Shown piece after piece: positions 30,541-40,258 of a stretch of 64,000 bases of DNA. The stretch is from Promethearchaeota archaeon (GTDB lineage Archaea > Asgardarchaeota > Lokiarchaeia > Sigyniarchaeales > SOKP01). A program made the position numbers and the translations under genes. Below the pieces are notes generated by a model that was not told where the DNA came from, made no database searches, and worked only from the letters and a program-made list of their open reading frames with translations. Each line of letters opens with the position of its first letter. The stretch's first letter is position 1. Location of the stretch: contig JBHLON010000015.1 of NCBI GenBank assembly GCA_048940445.1, forward strand, positions 9,837 through 73,836, in the 5' to 3' direction.

Positions 30541-31482
30541 TTACATTTTAATCATATCTCCTAACAGACCCATTAAGTTTTCCTTCTTTGGTGCTTCCTT
30601 CATCAGCTCCTTTATCCTATCTGCGATCTGTTGTGGAGTAAATGGTTTGTGATCATTCTTTATTTGATTAACAGTATGCCATCCTTGGAATAACATAACA
30701 CGATCTCCAACTACTCGAAATACTTCTCCACTTATCTTTTTAGCATCATCTGATGCCAGAAAGACTACCATTGGTGCCACATTTGATGGATGAAACACAT
30801 CAAACCCAATTTCATCAAGTTTTTTCATAAATGCAGCCGTTTGAGGAGTAGCATCTACAGTTAAACGAGTACGTGCTAAAGGAACAATACAATTAACCGT
30901 AGCATACTTTTTCAATTCCATAGCAGAAATAATTGTAAAAGCTGCTATACCAGCTTTAGCTGCTCCATAATTGGATTGCCCCATGTTCCCTAATAATCCA
31001 GCATCGGATGCTGTGTTTATGACTCTTCCAAAATTACCTAGTGATTCATCTTCTTTACCTTTTTCCCTAAAATAAGCTGATGCATGACGCGTCATATTAA
31101 AAGTACCTTTTAAATGAACTCCAATGACATCATTAAATTCAGCCTCTGTCATATTAAAGAGCATACGGTCTCTCAGGATTCCAGCATTATTAACTAAAAT
31201 ATCTAGTTTACCAAATTCAGCAATAGCCTGATCGATCATTGCTTTAGCTCTATTAAAGTCAGTTACTGAATCGTAATTAGCTACCGCTTTAACGCCTAAT
31301 TTTTTCATTTCCTCTACTACTTGATCCGCTACCTTGGTTTCTGCTCCTGAACCATCAAAACCAGCACCAAGATCATTTATTAGTAGATTACAGCCTTCTT
31401 TAGCAAAAGCTGTTGCTTCTTCATGACCTAGTCCTCGCCCAGCACCAGTAATTATGGCAACTTTACCATCTAACATTCCCAT
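30541..31482 (-). CDS. Short-chain dehydrogenase/reductase (MFE-2/HSD17B4-like 3-hydroxyacyl-CoA dehydrogenase)
   Basis: TGAGRGLG, NDLG, NNAGILRD, YGAAK. Confidence 0.92.
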   Translation of the reverse strand: MGMLDGKVAIITGAGRGLGHEEATAFAKEGCNLLINDLGAGFDGSGAETKVADQVVEEMKKLGVKAVANYDSVTDFNRAKAMIDQAIAEFGKLDILVNNAGILRDRMLFNMTEAEFNDVIGVHLKGTFNMTRHASAYFREKGKEDESLGNFGRVINTASDAGLLGNMGQSNYGAAKAGIAAFTIISAMELKKYATVNCIVPLARTRLTVDATPQTAAFMKKLDEIGFDVFHPSNVAPMVVFLASDDAKKISGEVFRVVGDRVMLFQGWHTVNQIKNDHKPFTPQQIADRIKELMKEAPKKENLMGLLGDMIKM

Positions 31483-31626
31483 TTTTTAAATTCAACTCAT
31501 TTTTTAATTATTTGATTATATTTTTCTAATTTGTTATAATTAGATTTCAATTTCAAAACTTAAAAAATTTTAAGAATTTTAAATTCTACTTTATTAAAAT
31601 TTTGTAAACTAAAACAAAATTTACTT

Positions 31627-32133
31627 ATGGAAACAATTACTCATTGTTTTGCTGGAATAATTTGCCAAATAATTTGTTTTAATTACTTTTTTTTTCCTCT
31701 AAATATAATTTTAACAATAATTATAGCAATAGCTTCTCACATAGTAATTGATATATTTGCACGAAGTACATATCATATGCCAGAACCACAATGGAAAGAT
31801 AAATTTTGGATTACATGGCAAATAATAACACGTATTAGTGCTGTCATTGTAATTGTTTTCTTCTTTTTTCCTTTCTGGTTAGGTATGTTATTTGCCAAAT
31901 TTCCAGACATTGTAGATTGGCGAATCCTAAGAGCGATTCAAAGAAGAATCTATAAAAAGAATTCTAGTTCAAATAGGGGCTTTATACTAATTTTTCATCC
32001 TTTCAAAGATTGGGTAAGCAACAAATTTTTCTTTTGGCTCCCTGATTTAAATCAGAAAAAATATGGAATAATTATAGAAATAATATTCATAATAGTGTTG
32101 TATATAATCATTTATTTTTTATTTTACTTCTAA
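31627..32133 (+). CDS. Membrane protein, putative metal-dependent hydrolase
   Basis: ITH, SHIVID and PDIVD motifs among hydrophobic segments. Confidence 0.55.
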   Translation: METITHCFAGIICQIICFNYFFFPLNIILTIIIAIASHIVIDIFARSTYHMPEPQWKDKFWITWQIITRISAVIVIVFFFFPFWLGMLFAKFPDIVDWRILRAIQRRIYKKNSSSNRGFILIFHPFKDWVSNKFFFWLPDLNQKKYGIIIEIIFIIVLYIIIYFLFYF

Positions 32134-32525
32134 ATAATGATATCATTGAAATTCTTAAACCAAAACAAATGACTTATACAGTTACAATCTGATGACCCAA
32201 AATCTTTGATGTAACCTTCAGAATTGGCTAAAAGGTCTCTTGCTATTATACATTCTAAAGCTGTTATTGATGGAATAAGATATACTTTTGTAACCTTAGT
32301 AAATGTATCTGCTAATAGATAGTCTATATGCCAGTGGACTCTTTTTGAATTAGAATTTGATAAATGCCTTTTTACCCGATTTAATAATGTACTAGAGCCT
32401 TTTTCTCCCATTGCAGAGCCTACGTAAAGATAAAAACCTTTAGAGAACAGAATTGCTCCCAATGAGCCTATTTTGATACTTCTTTCTTTTTCAAGAAAGA
32501 TTATTAGTAGATATGAACCTTTCAT
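32130..32525 (-). CDS. GIY-YIG (DUF123/Uri) nuclease family protein
   Basis: KGSY...YLYVGSA, RVKRH, HWHIDYL, FGSSDC.C.SHL. Confidence 0.9.
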   Translation of the reverse strand: MKGSYLLIIFLEKERSIKIGSLGAILFSKGFYLYVGSAMGEKGSSTLLNRVKRHLSNSNSKRVHWHIDYLLADTFTKVTKVYLIPSITALECIIARDLLANSEGYIKDFGSSDCNCISHLFWFKNFNDIII

Positions 32526-32725
32526 TTGTTACATTCTTTCTTATGATCATAATAACATCCATCACAGAAATAGTCTCCACATTTCCTGCATACATTCGCA
32601 CAATTATCACATAATGGATTAAAACATTCTGAGCATTCATACATAATTCCTTCAGGTGCTTCTTCCCCGCAATTTTCACATAAAACTTTATTCAGCTTAA
32701 TCACTTGCAAGATATATGTATACAT
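32522..32725 (-). CDS. Small Cys-rich zinc-finger protein
   Basis: Five CxxC pairs plus HxxxC; overlaps the nuclease gene by ATGA; true start probably downstream of 32725. Confidence 0.75.
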   Translation of the reverse strand: MYTYILQVIKLNKVLCENCGEEAPEGIMYECSECFNPLCDNCANVCRKCGDYFCDGCYYDHKKECNK

Positions 32726-32797
32726 AATTCAACAATTAAAAATTTTAAAAAATCTTTATTATTAGTTAATTAAGTCTTAAAAATTCATGATAATATT

Positions 32798-33937
32798 ATG
32801 AATAATTTATTCTTCACAGAAAAGCACTATAAATTACAAGATAATTTAAATATATTTTTAGCAAAAGAGTTAGAACCTATTAAGAACAATTTAAATGGTC
32901 AAAACAAAGTTCCTATTTCTCTAATTCAAAAAATAGGAAAAGAAGGATACTTTGGACCTTTAATCCCTAAAGTTTATGGTGGAACGGAATTAGGATTAAT
33001 TGCGCATTGTGAAATTACTGAAGAGATCTCAAAATTTAATGTAGCAGTATCAGTTACTAGGACACCCTGTATTCTAGATGGATATCTTTTAAATAAATAC
33101 GGAAGTCAAAAACAAAAAGAGACGTTCTTACCTAAAATCGCAACAGGTGAAAAATTATGTAGTATCTGTGTTACAGAAGATGAAGCCGGTTCAAATGTAG
33201 CTGGAATAAAAACAAAAGCAGAAAAATCTGGAAATAACTATATTTTGAATGGCTCTAAAAAGTTTATCACAAACGCTGGTATCGCAGATTATTATTTCAT
33301 TTGGTGCGTTACTAATCCAATTGTAAATCCTCGAAATGGTATGAGTGTGTTTATAGTTGAAAATGATACCCCCGGGTTATCTATTGAAAATCCATATGAA
33401 TTAATGGGAATAAATGGAGTTTATAATGGTATTATTCATCTAGATAATGTAAAAGTCTCTGAGGAGAATCTTATTGGAGAAGAAGGAATAGGGTTTCAAA
33501 GCTTAATGGATACTTTCAATATAGAACGCTTAACCTTAAGTTCCGAATGTAATGGAATATCATTAGCAGCTTTAGAAGATTCTAAAAACTACGCTAAAAA
33601 TCGGATTCAATTTAACAAGCCTATTTCCACCTTCCAACTTATTAGAATTAAGATTGCTGAGATGGTTACTAAGCTTCAAGCTGCAAGATTGTTAACTTAT
33701 AGTGCTGCAGCATTAAAAAACAAACAAGATATTACCAAAGAAGCCTCAATGGCAAAAACTTTTAGTAGTAAGACAGCATTAGAGATTACATCAGAAGCAG
33801 TCCAAATTCATGGAGGGGATGGATATACTAATACCTATTCTGTCGAGAGATATATGAGGGATGCTAAATTCTTTCAAATTGGTGGTGGGACAACAGAGAT
33901 ACAAAATCTTATTATTGCACGGGAAGAATTAAAATAA
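32798..33937 (+). CDS. Acyl-CoA dehydrogenase
   Basis: TEDEAGSN, NGSKKFITN, RIQFNKPI, QIHGGDGY, IGGGTTEIQ. Confidence 0.95.
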   Translation: MNNLFFTEKHYKLQDNLNIFLAKELEPIKNNLNGQNKVPISLIQKIGKEGYFGPLIPKVYGGTELGLIAHCEITEEISKFNVAVSVTRTPCILDGYLLNKYGSQKQKETFLPKIATGEKLCSICVTEDEAGSNVAGIKTKAEKSGNNYILNGSKKFITNAGIADYYFIWCVTNPIVNPRNGMSVFIVENDTPGLSIENPYELMGINGVYNGIIHLDNVKVSEENLIGEEGIGFQSLMDTFNIERLTLSSECNGISLAALEDSKNYAKNRIQFNKPISTFQLIRIKIAEMVTKLQAARLLTYSAAALKNKQDITKEASMAKTFSSKTALEITSEAVQIHGGDGYTNTYSVERYMRDAKFFQIGGGTTEIQNLIIAREELK

Positions 33938-33961
33938 ATCTGATTTTATTAATTAGGTAAA

Positions 33962-35107
33962 TTAAAACCACTTATTACGCCAGTATATTACAGTGGTATG
34001 GTGAATTTTTATACCATATTGATTTTTATGTATGTTCGCAATCTCTTGAAGTGTATATTTTGGGAGTAAGTCTTTTAGTTCTTCTTTAGAGAATTTAAAC
34101 CGTTTTCTTCCATATTTTCCACTTAATTGCCTTTCAATTTGAGACACTGAAACAAAATCACGCTTTCTTGGTAAACTTTTATCGAAATTAACAATTATAT
34201 TATTATATAAAGTAAAACCTAAGCTTAAATCATAAGTTATAGATAGATTACCATCTTTCTTGCATTGTCTTTTCTCACGTATTAAATAATCGAGTTTAAA
34301 TTTAGATTTTATATCCTCTATAAACAATTTGCTATTTGAAAATATACTTATTTCTGTTATCTTTCCACATTTATTATGTTGAATAGAACCATCACCGTCG
34401 TAGAATCCTAAAAGGAAAGCTAAATCAAACTCTTTATTATTAAGCTTAGGAAATCTTAATTTATCAGCCTTCTTTCCTACAGGAAAGCCATGAATCATTA
34501 ATTTTTCAGCAAATAAACGATTCTTTATTCTGACTCTATATATACGAGAATAATATGGTTCTCTATTCTTATTATATTTAGTTCTCTTATAATATTCTAC
34601 TCTTTTAGGATTGAATCCAATATCCTCAATAAATCTCTTAATTAAAATACCATCTTTAACATCGATTTGCACACTTACTACTAACTGGCCATCTTTCTTT
34701 TTGTATATGTTTCCTTCTGCAAAAAGCCACCCTAACCAATAAGCCTTCTCCTTGCTACTAATAATTTCAAAATATTTCAATTGGAGATTTGGATTCTTTT
34801 TAAAAATATAATTTCTATTTGAAGGTAAATCGTTATATCTACTATACTTATTAATAACTTCTTCAATCTTAGATGAATAACAATTATTAACCTTTAAAGC
34901 ATTGATCCAATTAGATACTAATTCTTTAGTAAGTAAATATTGAGGATTGTCTTTACTATAAACTAGTTTACGTGTGATATGAGATTTATGTTGATTTAAT
35001 ATCTGAACAGATAAATCTTCTTGACTTATATGTCGTCCAAGTAAAGAATCTATTCTCTTAAGTAAATCTTTTATAAAGTTCAGAGTAGTATAAATCTCTT
35101 TTCTCAT
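33962..35107 (-). CDS. Free-standing double-motif LAGLIDADG homing endonuclease with C-terminal HTH
   Basis: AYWLGWLFAEGNI and AFLLGFYDGDGSI; LPRK; tail TLQEIA...HHTTVIYWRNK. Confidence 0.85.
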   Translation of the reverse strand: MRKEIYTTLNFIKDLLKRIDSLLGRHISQEDLSVQILNQHKSHITRKLVYSKDNPQYLLTKELVSNWINALKVNNCYSSKIEEVINKYSRYNDLPSNRNYIFKKNPNLQLKYFEIISSKEKAYWLGWLFAEGNIYKKKDGQLVVSVQIDVKDGILIKRFIEDIGFNPKRVEYYKRTKYNKNREPYYSRIYRVRIKNRLFAEKLMIHGFPVGKKADKLRFPKLNNKEFDLAFLLGFYDGDGSIQHNKCGKITEISIFSNSKLFIEDIKSKFKLDYLIREKRQCKKDGNLSITYDLSLGFTLYNNIIVNFDKSLPRKRDFVSVSQIERQLSGKYGRKRFKFSKEELKDLLPKYTLQEIANIHKNQYGIKIHHTTVIYWRNKWF

Positions 35108-35236
35108 TGAATTTACTTTAGAATTATTGGTTTTTAATTGCCTTAAGATTAGTATAACAATTATTTAAGGAATAAGAATATTTATCATTTAAGAGATTGA
35201 TGATTTATTATTTTTCCAGGCAATAATTAAAATAAT

Positions 35237-35749
35237 TTATATTTTTTTTAGAAATTTTTCCATAAATAACTCGTCTTCATAAGTATTATCAATCTTTATT
35301 TGTCGTTCTAAATCTCCTTTAATAATAAATCCTAAATTTTGATAAAATTGAATTGCTTGTTTATTTCTTTTTCTTATGTAAATTACTATTTTTTCATAAT
35401 GTTTTACACGAGCAAATTCAAAAGTTTGATTTGCCAAAGAATTACCAATATCCTTTCTTCTATATTCAGGAAGTATAAAAGTACCAATAGTACCAACATG
35501 GGATGTAGAAGTTAATACTCTAGACCAAAGATCTAAGGTTTGAAAGCCAACAACTTTGCCCTCGACTTCTGCTATGAAAACTATTTCTCGTTCAGAAAGT
35601 GATAAAAGATATTCTCTTTCTTGTTGGGGTGTAAAAGGTTTCTCAACTGCAGAATAGACTTTTTCAGCACAGATCACTTTCCAAATGTTTGAAATACTTT
35701 CAGCATCATTTTCAGAAGCTTTACGTATTTTAATATTCAAAGATATCAC
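35237..35749 (-). CDS. GNAT-family N-acetyltransferase
   Basis: ILPEYRRKDIG, NKQAIQFYQNLGF. Confidence 0.9.
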   Translation of the reverse strand: MISLNIKIRKASENDAESISNIWKVICAEKVYSAVEKPFTPQQEREYLLSLSEREIVFIAEVEGKVVGFQTLDLWSRVLTSTSHVGTIGTFILPEYRRKDIGNSLANQTFEFARVKHYEKIVIYIRKRNKQAIQFYQNLGFIIKGDLERQIKIDNTYEDELFMEKFLKKI

Positions 35750-35826
35750 TTAAATTAATTATCTATTTTTTTTAAATTTACAATTTAATTAGAATCTATA
35801 AATATTTTGAAAATTAAATAAATATT

Positions 35827-36741
35827 ATGGAGAAAATGGAAAATGTTTTAGAAAACGTTGCAATAATAGGAACTGGAGTTTTAGGAACACAGATTTCTAT
35901 GATTGCTGCATATAATGGTTATAAAGTTAGGATTTATGATGTGAATCAAGATTCTTTTGCCCAGAATTTAAAGACACTTAGAGATGAATTAAAGAGTAAA
36001 AATGTAGAACCTATCATTCCGTGGGAAAAGTGGCATGAATGTGAAAAAAGTATTAGACGAGAGAAGAGTATAGAAGAATGTATTAAAGATGCAGAGCTAG
36101 TTATTGAAGCAGTATCAGAAAAAATTGAGCTTAAGCAAGATATATTTAAAAGGATCGGAGAAAAAGCCATGCCGAATGCGATTATAGCAACAAATAGTTC
36201 ATCAATACCTGTTTCCAGATTAGAAGCAAGCAGTGGAAGAGCGGAATATTGTCTTAATATTCATTTTTATTTTCCATTACAGGGGATAAATATAGTTGAT
36301 GTTATGGGAGGTACTCACACTTTGCCAGAGATATTAGAGAGAGGTGTTGAATGGGTTCGTTCTTTAAACTTTATTCCTCTTACAGTTAGAAAAGAATTAT
36401 TAGGTTTTTGTTTTAATCGGGTTTGGAGAGCAATCAAGCGTGAAACTCTATATATGTGGGGAAATGGTTTTGTCGATTTTAAGGATATCGATCGGGCATG
36501 GATGGTGTTCAATGATTCAATAGAAGGTCCTTTTGGAATTATGGATAAGGTGGGATTAGATGTGGTATATGATATAGAGATGGTGTATTATAATGATTCT
36601 AAGGATCCAAAAGATTATCCACCAGAAGCTTTATTAGAGAAGGTTAAGAAAGGAGAATTAGGGATAAAAAAAGGTAAAGGATTTTATATATACCCAAATC
36701 CGGAATATCTTGAGTCAGATTTTTTATATTCTAAGAAATAA
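35827..36741 (+). CDS. 3-hydroxyacyl-CoA dehydrogenase
   Basis: IGTGVLG, VIEAVSE, ATNSSS, GPFGIMDKVGLD, LG.KKGKGFY. Confidence 0.92.
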   Translation: MEKMENVLENVAIIGTGVLGTQISMIAAYNGYKVRIYDVNQDSFAQNLKTLRDELKSKNVEPIIPWEKWHECEKSIRREKSIEECIKDAELVIEAVSEKIELKQDIFKRIGEKAMPNAIIATNSSSIPVSRLEASSGRAEYCLNIHFYFPLQGINIVDVMGGTHTLPEILERGVEWVRSLNFIPLTVRKELLGFCFNRVWRAIKRETLYMWGNGFVDFKDIDRAWMVFNDSIEGPFGIMDKVGLDVVYDIEMVYYNDSKDPKDYPPEALLEKVKKGELGIKKGKGFYIYPNPEYLESDFLYSKK

Positions 36742-36770
36742 AAAGAGTAAAAACAAATATTAATCTATTT

Positions 36771-37559
36771 TTATTTTCTAAATTCATTAAAATTAGGTTT
36801 CCTTTTTTCTATGAATGCGTTCTTTCCTTCAACAGCTTCATCTGTTCCATAATACAGAGAGAGTCCACCAACTCCTAATTGAGTAATACCTGTAGTTCCG
36901 TCGCTTTCAGCTAAAAATGCGTATTTTAACATCTTGATGGCTGTAGGGCTCTTTTCTAATATTTCTTGGCACCAGGTATTAACTTCTTCATCTAATTTTT
37001 CATATGGAACTACTGCATTTACAAGTCCCATATCTAATGCTTGTTTTGCTGTATAACGACGACAAAGGAACCAGATTTCCTTGGCACGTTTAACTCCAAC
37101 GGCTCGCATTAAATCACCAGTTCCATATCCTGGATCAAAGGAACCCACCCGTGGTCCAGCTTGTCCAAATTGTGCATGTTCTGCTGCAATACTTAAATCA
37201 CATGCCACATGCCATACATGACCGCCTCCAATTGCATATCCATTAACCCTTGCAATTACTGGTTTAGGCATTGTGCGTATCAAGTGTGTTACGGTTTGCC
37301 ATCCTACTTCTAATGGTAACATATATTTGCCTTTATATCCTCCTTTCTCACGAGTTGTTTGATCTCCCCCAGTACAAAATGCTTTATCTCCAGCACCGGT
37401 AAAGACAATTACACCAATTTCGGGATCCATGCACTGATTTAAAGCATCGATTAGTTCATAAAGAGTGTGTTGTCTACATGCATTATATCGTTGAGGTCTA
37501 TTTATTGTAATACGAGCAACCCTATCTTTCTTTTCAAAAATAATATCTTCATATTCCAT
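36771..37559 (-). CDS. Crotonase of the MenB/BadI group
   Basis: INRP..YNA, AFCTGGDQ, GYAIGGGH, QAGPRVGSFDPGYG, EIWFLCRRY. Confidence 0.88.
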   Translation of the reverse strand: MEYEDIIFEKKDRVARITINRPQRYNACRQHTLYELIDALNQCMDPEIGVIVFTGAGDKAFCTGGDQTTREKGGYKGKYMLPLEVGWQTVTHLIRTMPKPVIARVNGYAIGGGHVWHVACDLSIAAEHAQFGQAGPRVGSFDPGYGTGDLMRAVGVKRAKEIWFLCRRYTAKQALDMGLVNAVVPYEKLDEEVNTWCQEILEKSPTAIKMLKYAFLAESDGTTGITQLGVGGLSLYYGTDEAVEGKNAFIEKRKPNFNEFRK

Positions 37560-37674
37560 TCTATATCATCTTCACATATCAATAAATTGTTAAAATGTAA
37601 TTAATCAATTAAAATGAATAAAATATATTTAAAGCAATCTCTATATCTTCTAAATTGAAAATGTAAAAATGATT

Positions 37675-38169
37675 TTATAGCATTTTACAGAGCGTATACC
37701 ATTTTAATTCCTTATTATATTCTGCTTTATAGCCACGTTTACGACAAATAGATAATGCAGCAGGATTATCAGTGTAATATACTATCCTTTTATAGCCCAG
37801 ACGTAGTAGAAAATCTTCAAAAAAATCAAAAAACTGCTTTCCATAACCTTTACCTCTATATTTTTTCTTTAACCAAAGCTCATGCAACTCTATTATTTCT
37901 TTATTCGTACCAATTAATTTTTCTAGTATTTTTCTATCACTTTCACTGCGTTCTGATCCTTTTCTATGTTCATTAGTAGATGATTCATGCCATATTGCCC
38001 ATCCAATCAACTCTTGATTTTCTATCCAAACAATTAGATGAGAAGGGTCTTCCTTGACAATCATTTCTTCTGCATCATCGAATATTGCAATATTCTGAAG
38101 AAGCTCATTTCTCAATTCAATCAGGCTAATTCCAAATTTTTCTAAATTAAAACCAACTATAAATTCCAT
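37675..38169 (-). CDS. GNAT-family N-acetyltransferase
   Basis: LWLKKKYRGKGYG; ATG 38169 (MEFIVG) avoids the overlap with the upstream gene. Confidence 0.8.
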   Translation of the reverse strand: MEFIVGFNLEKFGISLIELRNELLQNIAIFDDAEEMIVKEDPSHLIVWIENQELIGWAIWHESSTNEHRKGSERSESDRKILEKLIGTNKEIIELHELWLKKKYRGKGYGKQFFDFFEDFLLRLGYKRIVYYTDNPAALSICRKRGYKAEYNKELKWYTLCKML

Positions 38170-38227
38170 TTGCCATTTAAAGGATAATTTTATTTTATAT
38201 AATAGAAAAAGATGGGTTCTTGAGTAA

Positions 38228-39412
38228 TTACTTAAATGGATATAAGTTAGTAAAAGAACTACATCCTTTCCCAATTTCTGGAGTTAATCTCCCTGTTATT
38301 CGAAATACTATTCCTTCTCTCCCACATTCAGAACATCTATTAAAGTTTATTATTTCTATTATATCATCAAGCATGACAGCAACACCAGCATAAGATTCCA
38401 CACCATAGGGAGTTAACACTTCTAAGATTCCAGGTTCATTTACTTTTTTTATTCTCTCTAGAAAATTTAAGTCTCGAATAATCACTTGGGCTTCATTTTT
38501 CTCTAGATGGAATACAAAATCTTCATACTTTTTGCTCCAATGACCACCACAAGCAATAGGAATCTCAGTTGCTCCATAATTATCTGTAATGTTCTCATAA
38601 GGAATGTTGAAGAATTCTGAGACAAATTCCATAAATTCTGCTTTATTTATTTTATATCCAAGTTTTACTCTTCCTTTAACTCCGTCCCAGCCACCTCCTC
38701 CAAGCTGAACCCTAAAGGTTTCTGGCATACTAAAGCCTTCTTTATGATGCTTAAAATAATCCTTAAAATTTTGGTACATTAAAGGTGCGGAATTAGCGAT
38801 TAATGTAGGAATCTTCTTACGTTCCACTTCTTTAAGGCATTTCTCCATTAATTTTCCATCAATTTCTATGAATGCTTTCTTTTTAAAATGACTAATCATA
38901 TGCAATAATGCTTTAGCAAGTTTGAACTTTAAAAGATATTCTATTTTGTACCCATTCCAGATATCAGTAATATCTCGATAAAAAAGAAAGCCTCTCTTTC
39001 CATACCATGAACCAGGCATTTTATTCATAAATGCTAAAGAAGGAGCAAATAGGATCAATTGTTTGATTGATTCCATATTGGCATAATCTTCAAATACTCT
39101 TCGATAATTTTCTTTAAACAGATCAATATCTTCAGGACCTCTACCTACTAAACTTGGATCACCGGTTGTTGATGAACTTATTGTCCAATAAGATAGTTGG
39201 TTATACGGAATTCGTAATAATTCGGGAAACTTTCCTAAAGATTCTTTAAAATAATTCCAATTAACATAAGGGACTTCTTCGAGATTTGACTCTTTAATAG
39301 TTTGATCAAAATCATATTCTTGATTTTCACAGATCTGTTTATAAAATTTGCAATCTTTAGAAGTTTCTTCAACTTCATTTTGTAAATCAGTAAATAGTAT
39401 TTCTGAAGCCAT
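38228..39412 (-). CDS. LuxE-like acyl-protein synthetase (ANL superfamily)
   Basis: SSSTTGDP, GGGGWDG, DNYGATE, GR...GKGCS with C-terminal Cys. Confidence 0.78.
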   Translation of the reverse strand: MASEILFTDLQNEVEETSKDCKFYKQICENQEYDFDQTIKESNLEEVPYVNWNYFKESLGKFPELLRIPYNQLSYWTISSSTTGDPSLVGRGPEDIDLFKENYRRVFEDYANMESIKQLILFAPSLAFMNKMPGSWYGKRGFLFYRDITDIWNGYKIEYLLKFKLAKALLHMISHFKKKAFIEIDGKLMEKCLKEVERKKIPTLIANSAPLMYQNFKDYFKHHKEGFSMPETFRVQLGGGGWDGVKGRVKLGYKINKAEFMEFVSEFFNIPYENITDNYGATEIPIACGGHWSKKYEDFVFHLEKNEAQVIIRDLNFLERIKKVNEPGILEVLTPYGVESYAGVAVMLDDIIEIINFNRCSECGREGIVFRITGRLTPEIGKGCSSFTNLYPFK

Positions 39413-39511
39413 AATAATTACCTCATTTTCTTATGTATATTATAGTAAATTTAAATTTAATTGTGAGAGTAAATAAAAAATTAATTTAAAAATTATAGGT
39501 ATTTGTTGATT

Positions 39512-39533
39512 TCGTGAAACCTAAATTTCACGA
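39512..39533. promoter_or_regulatory. Perfect 8-bp inverted repeat (operator or hairpin)
   Basis: TCGTGAAA-cctaaa-TTTCACGA, about 100 nt upstream of the luxE-like start. Confidence 0.45.
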
Positions 39534-39575
39534 TTATTAATAATATAGGTAAATAGATAATAATAATAGCAAATC

Positions 39576-40100
39576 TTAATGAAGAATCATTTTTTCTTTA
39601 ATTTCTTGGACTAATTTCATTCCTTCTTTATTAACTTGTGCAAAAATATCCCTTAGAATCTCATTGAGTTCAAGATTTTTTAATTCACATGATATAAATA
39701 GGAGTGAAATCAATTGTTTAGCGAATAATTCAATATTTTTAGTATCATCAAGAGGTATTCTTATTCCTAATGCTTTTATATCCATATGAGTCTCTTTGTC
39801 TTGTTGACGAATTACTACAAAAACGTCATTTTTACGACCTTTCCATTCTTCAGTAATAGCTCTAATAGATAATACATATCTTTTAGAAGGACTACCGATT
39901 CCTATTACATCTTTGGTAAAGCTAAGTGGCTGTGAGTTTCTAATCGAACTTAAGCCAAATGATCTATTAATTAAATTCGCTTTATCTAGCTTATTTTTCA
40001 ATTTTGTGACTTCTTCTGTAAGCTGTTCTACTTTTAACGAGAGTTTTTCAAATTTTTCTAAAAATAATTCTTTATCTATAAGATTATCCGTATTACTCAT
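39576..40100 (-). CDS. Hypothetical protein: coiled coil plus possible PC4-like domain
   Basis: Heptads FEKLSLKVEQLTEEVTKLKNKL; VFVVIRQ...KALGIRIPL. Confidence 0.6.
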   Translation of the reverse strand: MSNTDNLIDKELFLEKFEKLSLKVEQLTEEVTKLKNKLDKANLINRSFGLSSIRNSQPLSFTKDVIGIGSPSKRYVLSIRAITEEWKGRKNDVFVVIRQQDKETHMDIKALGIRIPLDDTKNIELFAKQLISLLFISCELKNLELNEILRDIFAQVNKEGMKLVQEIKEKMILH

Positions 40101-40258
40101 TTGATTTACTACCTTGAATATAAGTATTATACTTTCTGAAAGATTCGTTAATAAAATTAATTATTAAAGTATTAATCTCATACGGATTTCTAATTTTTAA
40201 ATGTGATAAATTTACTGATTCATCATTAAAATATTTTAATAACACCTATGATTAAATT

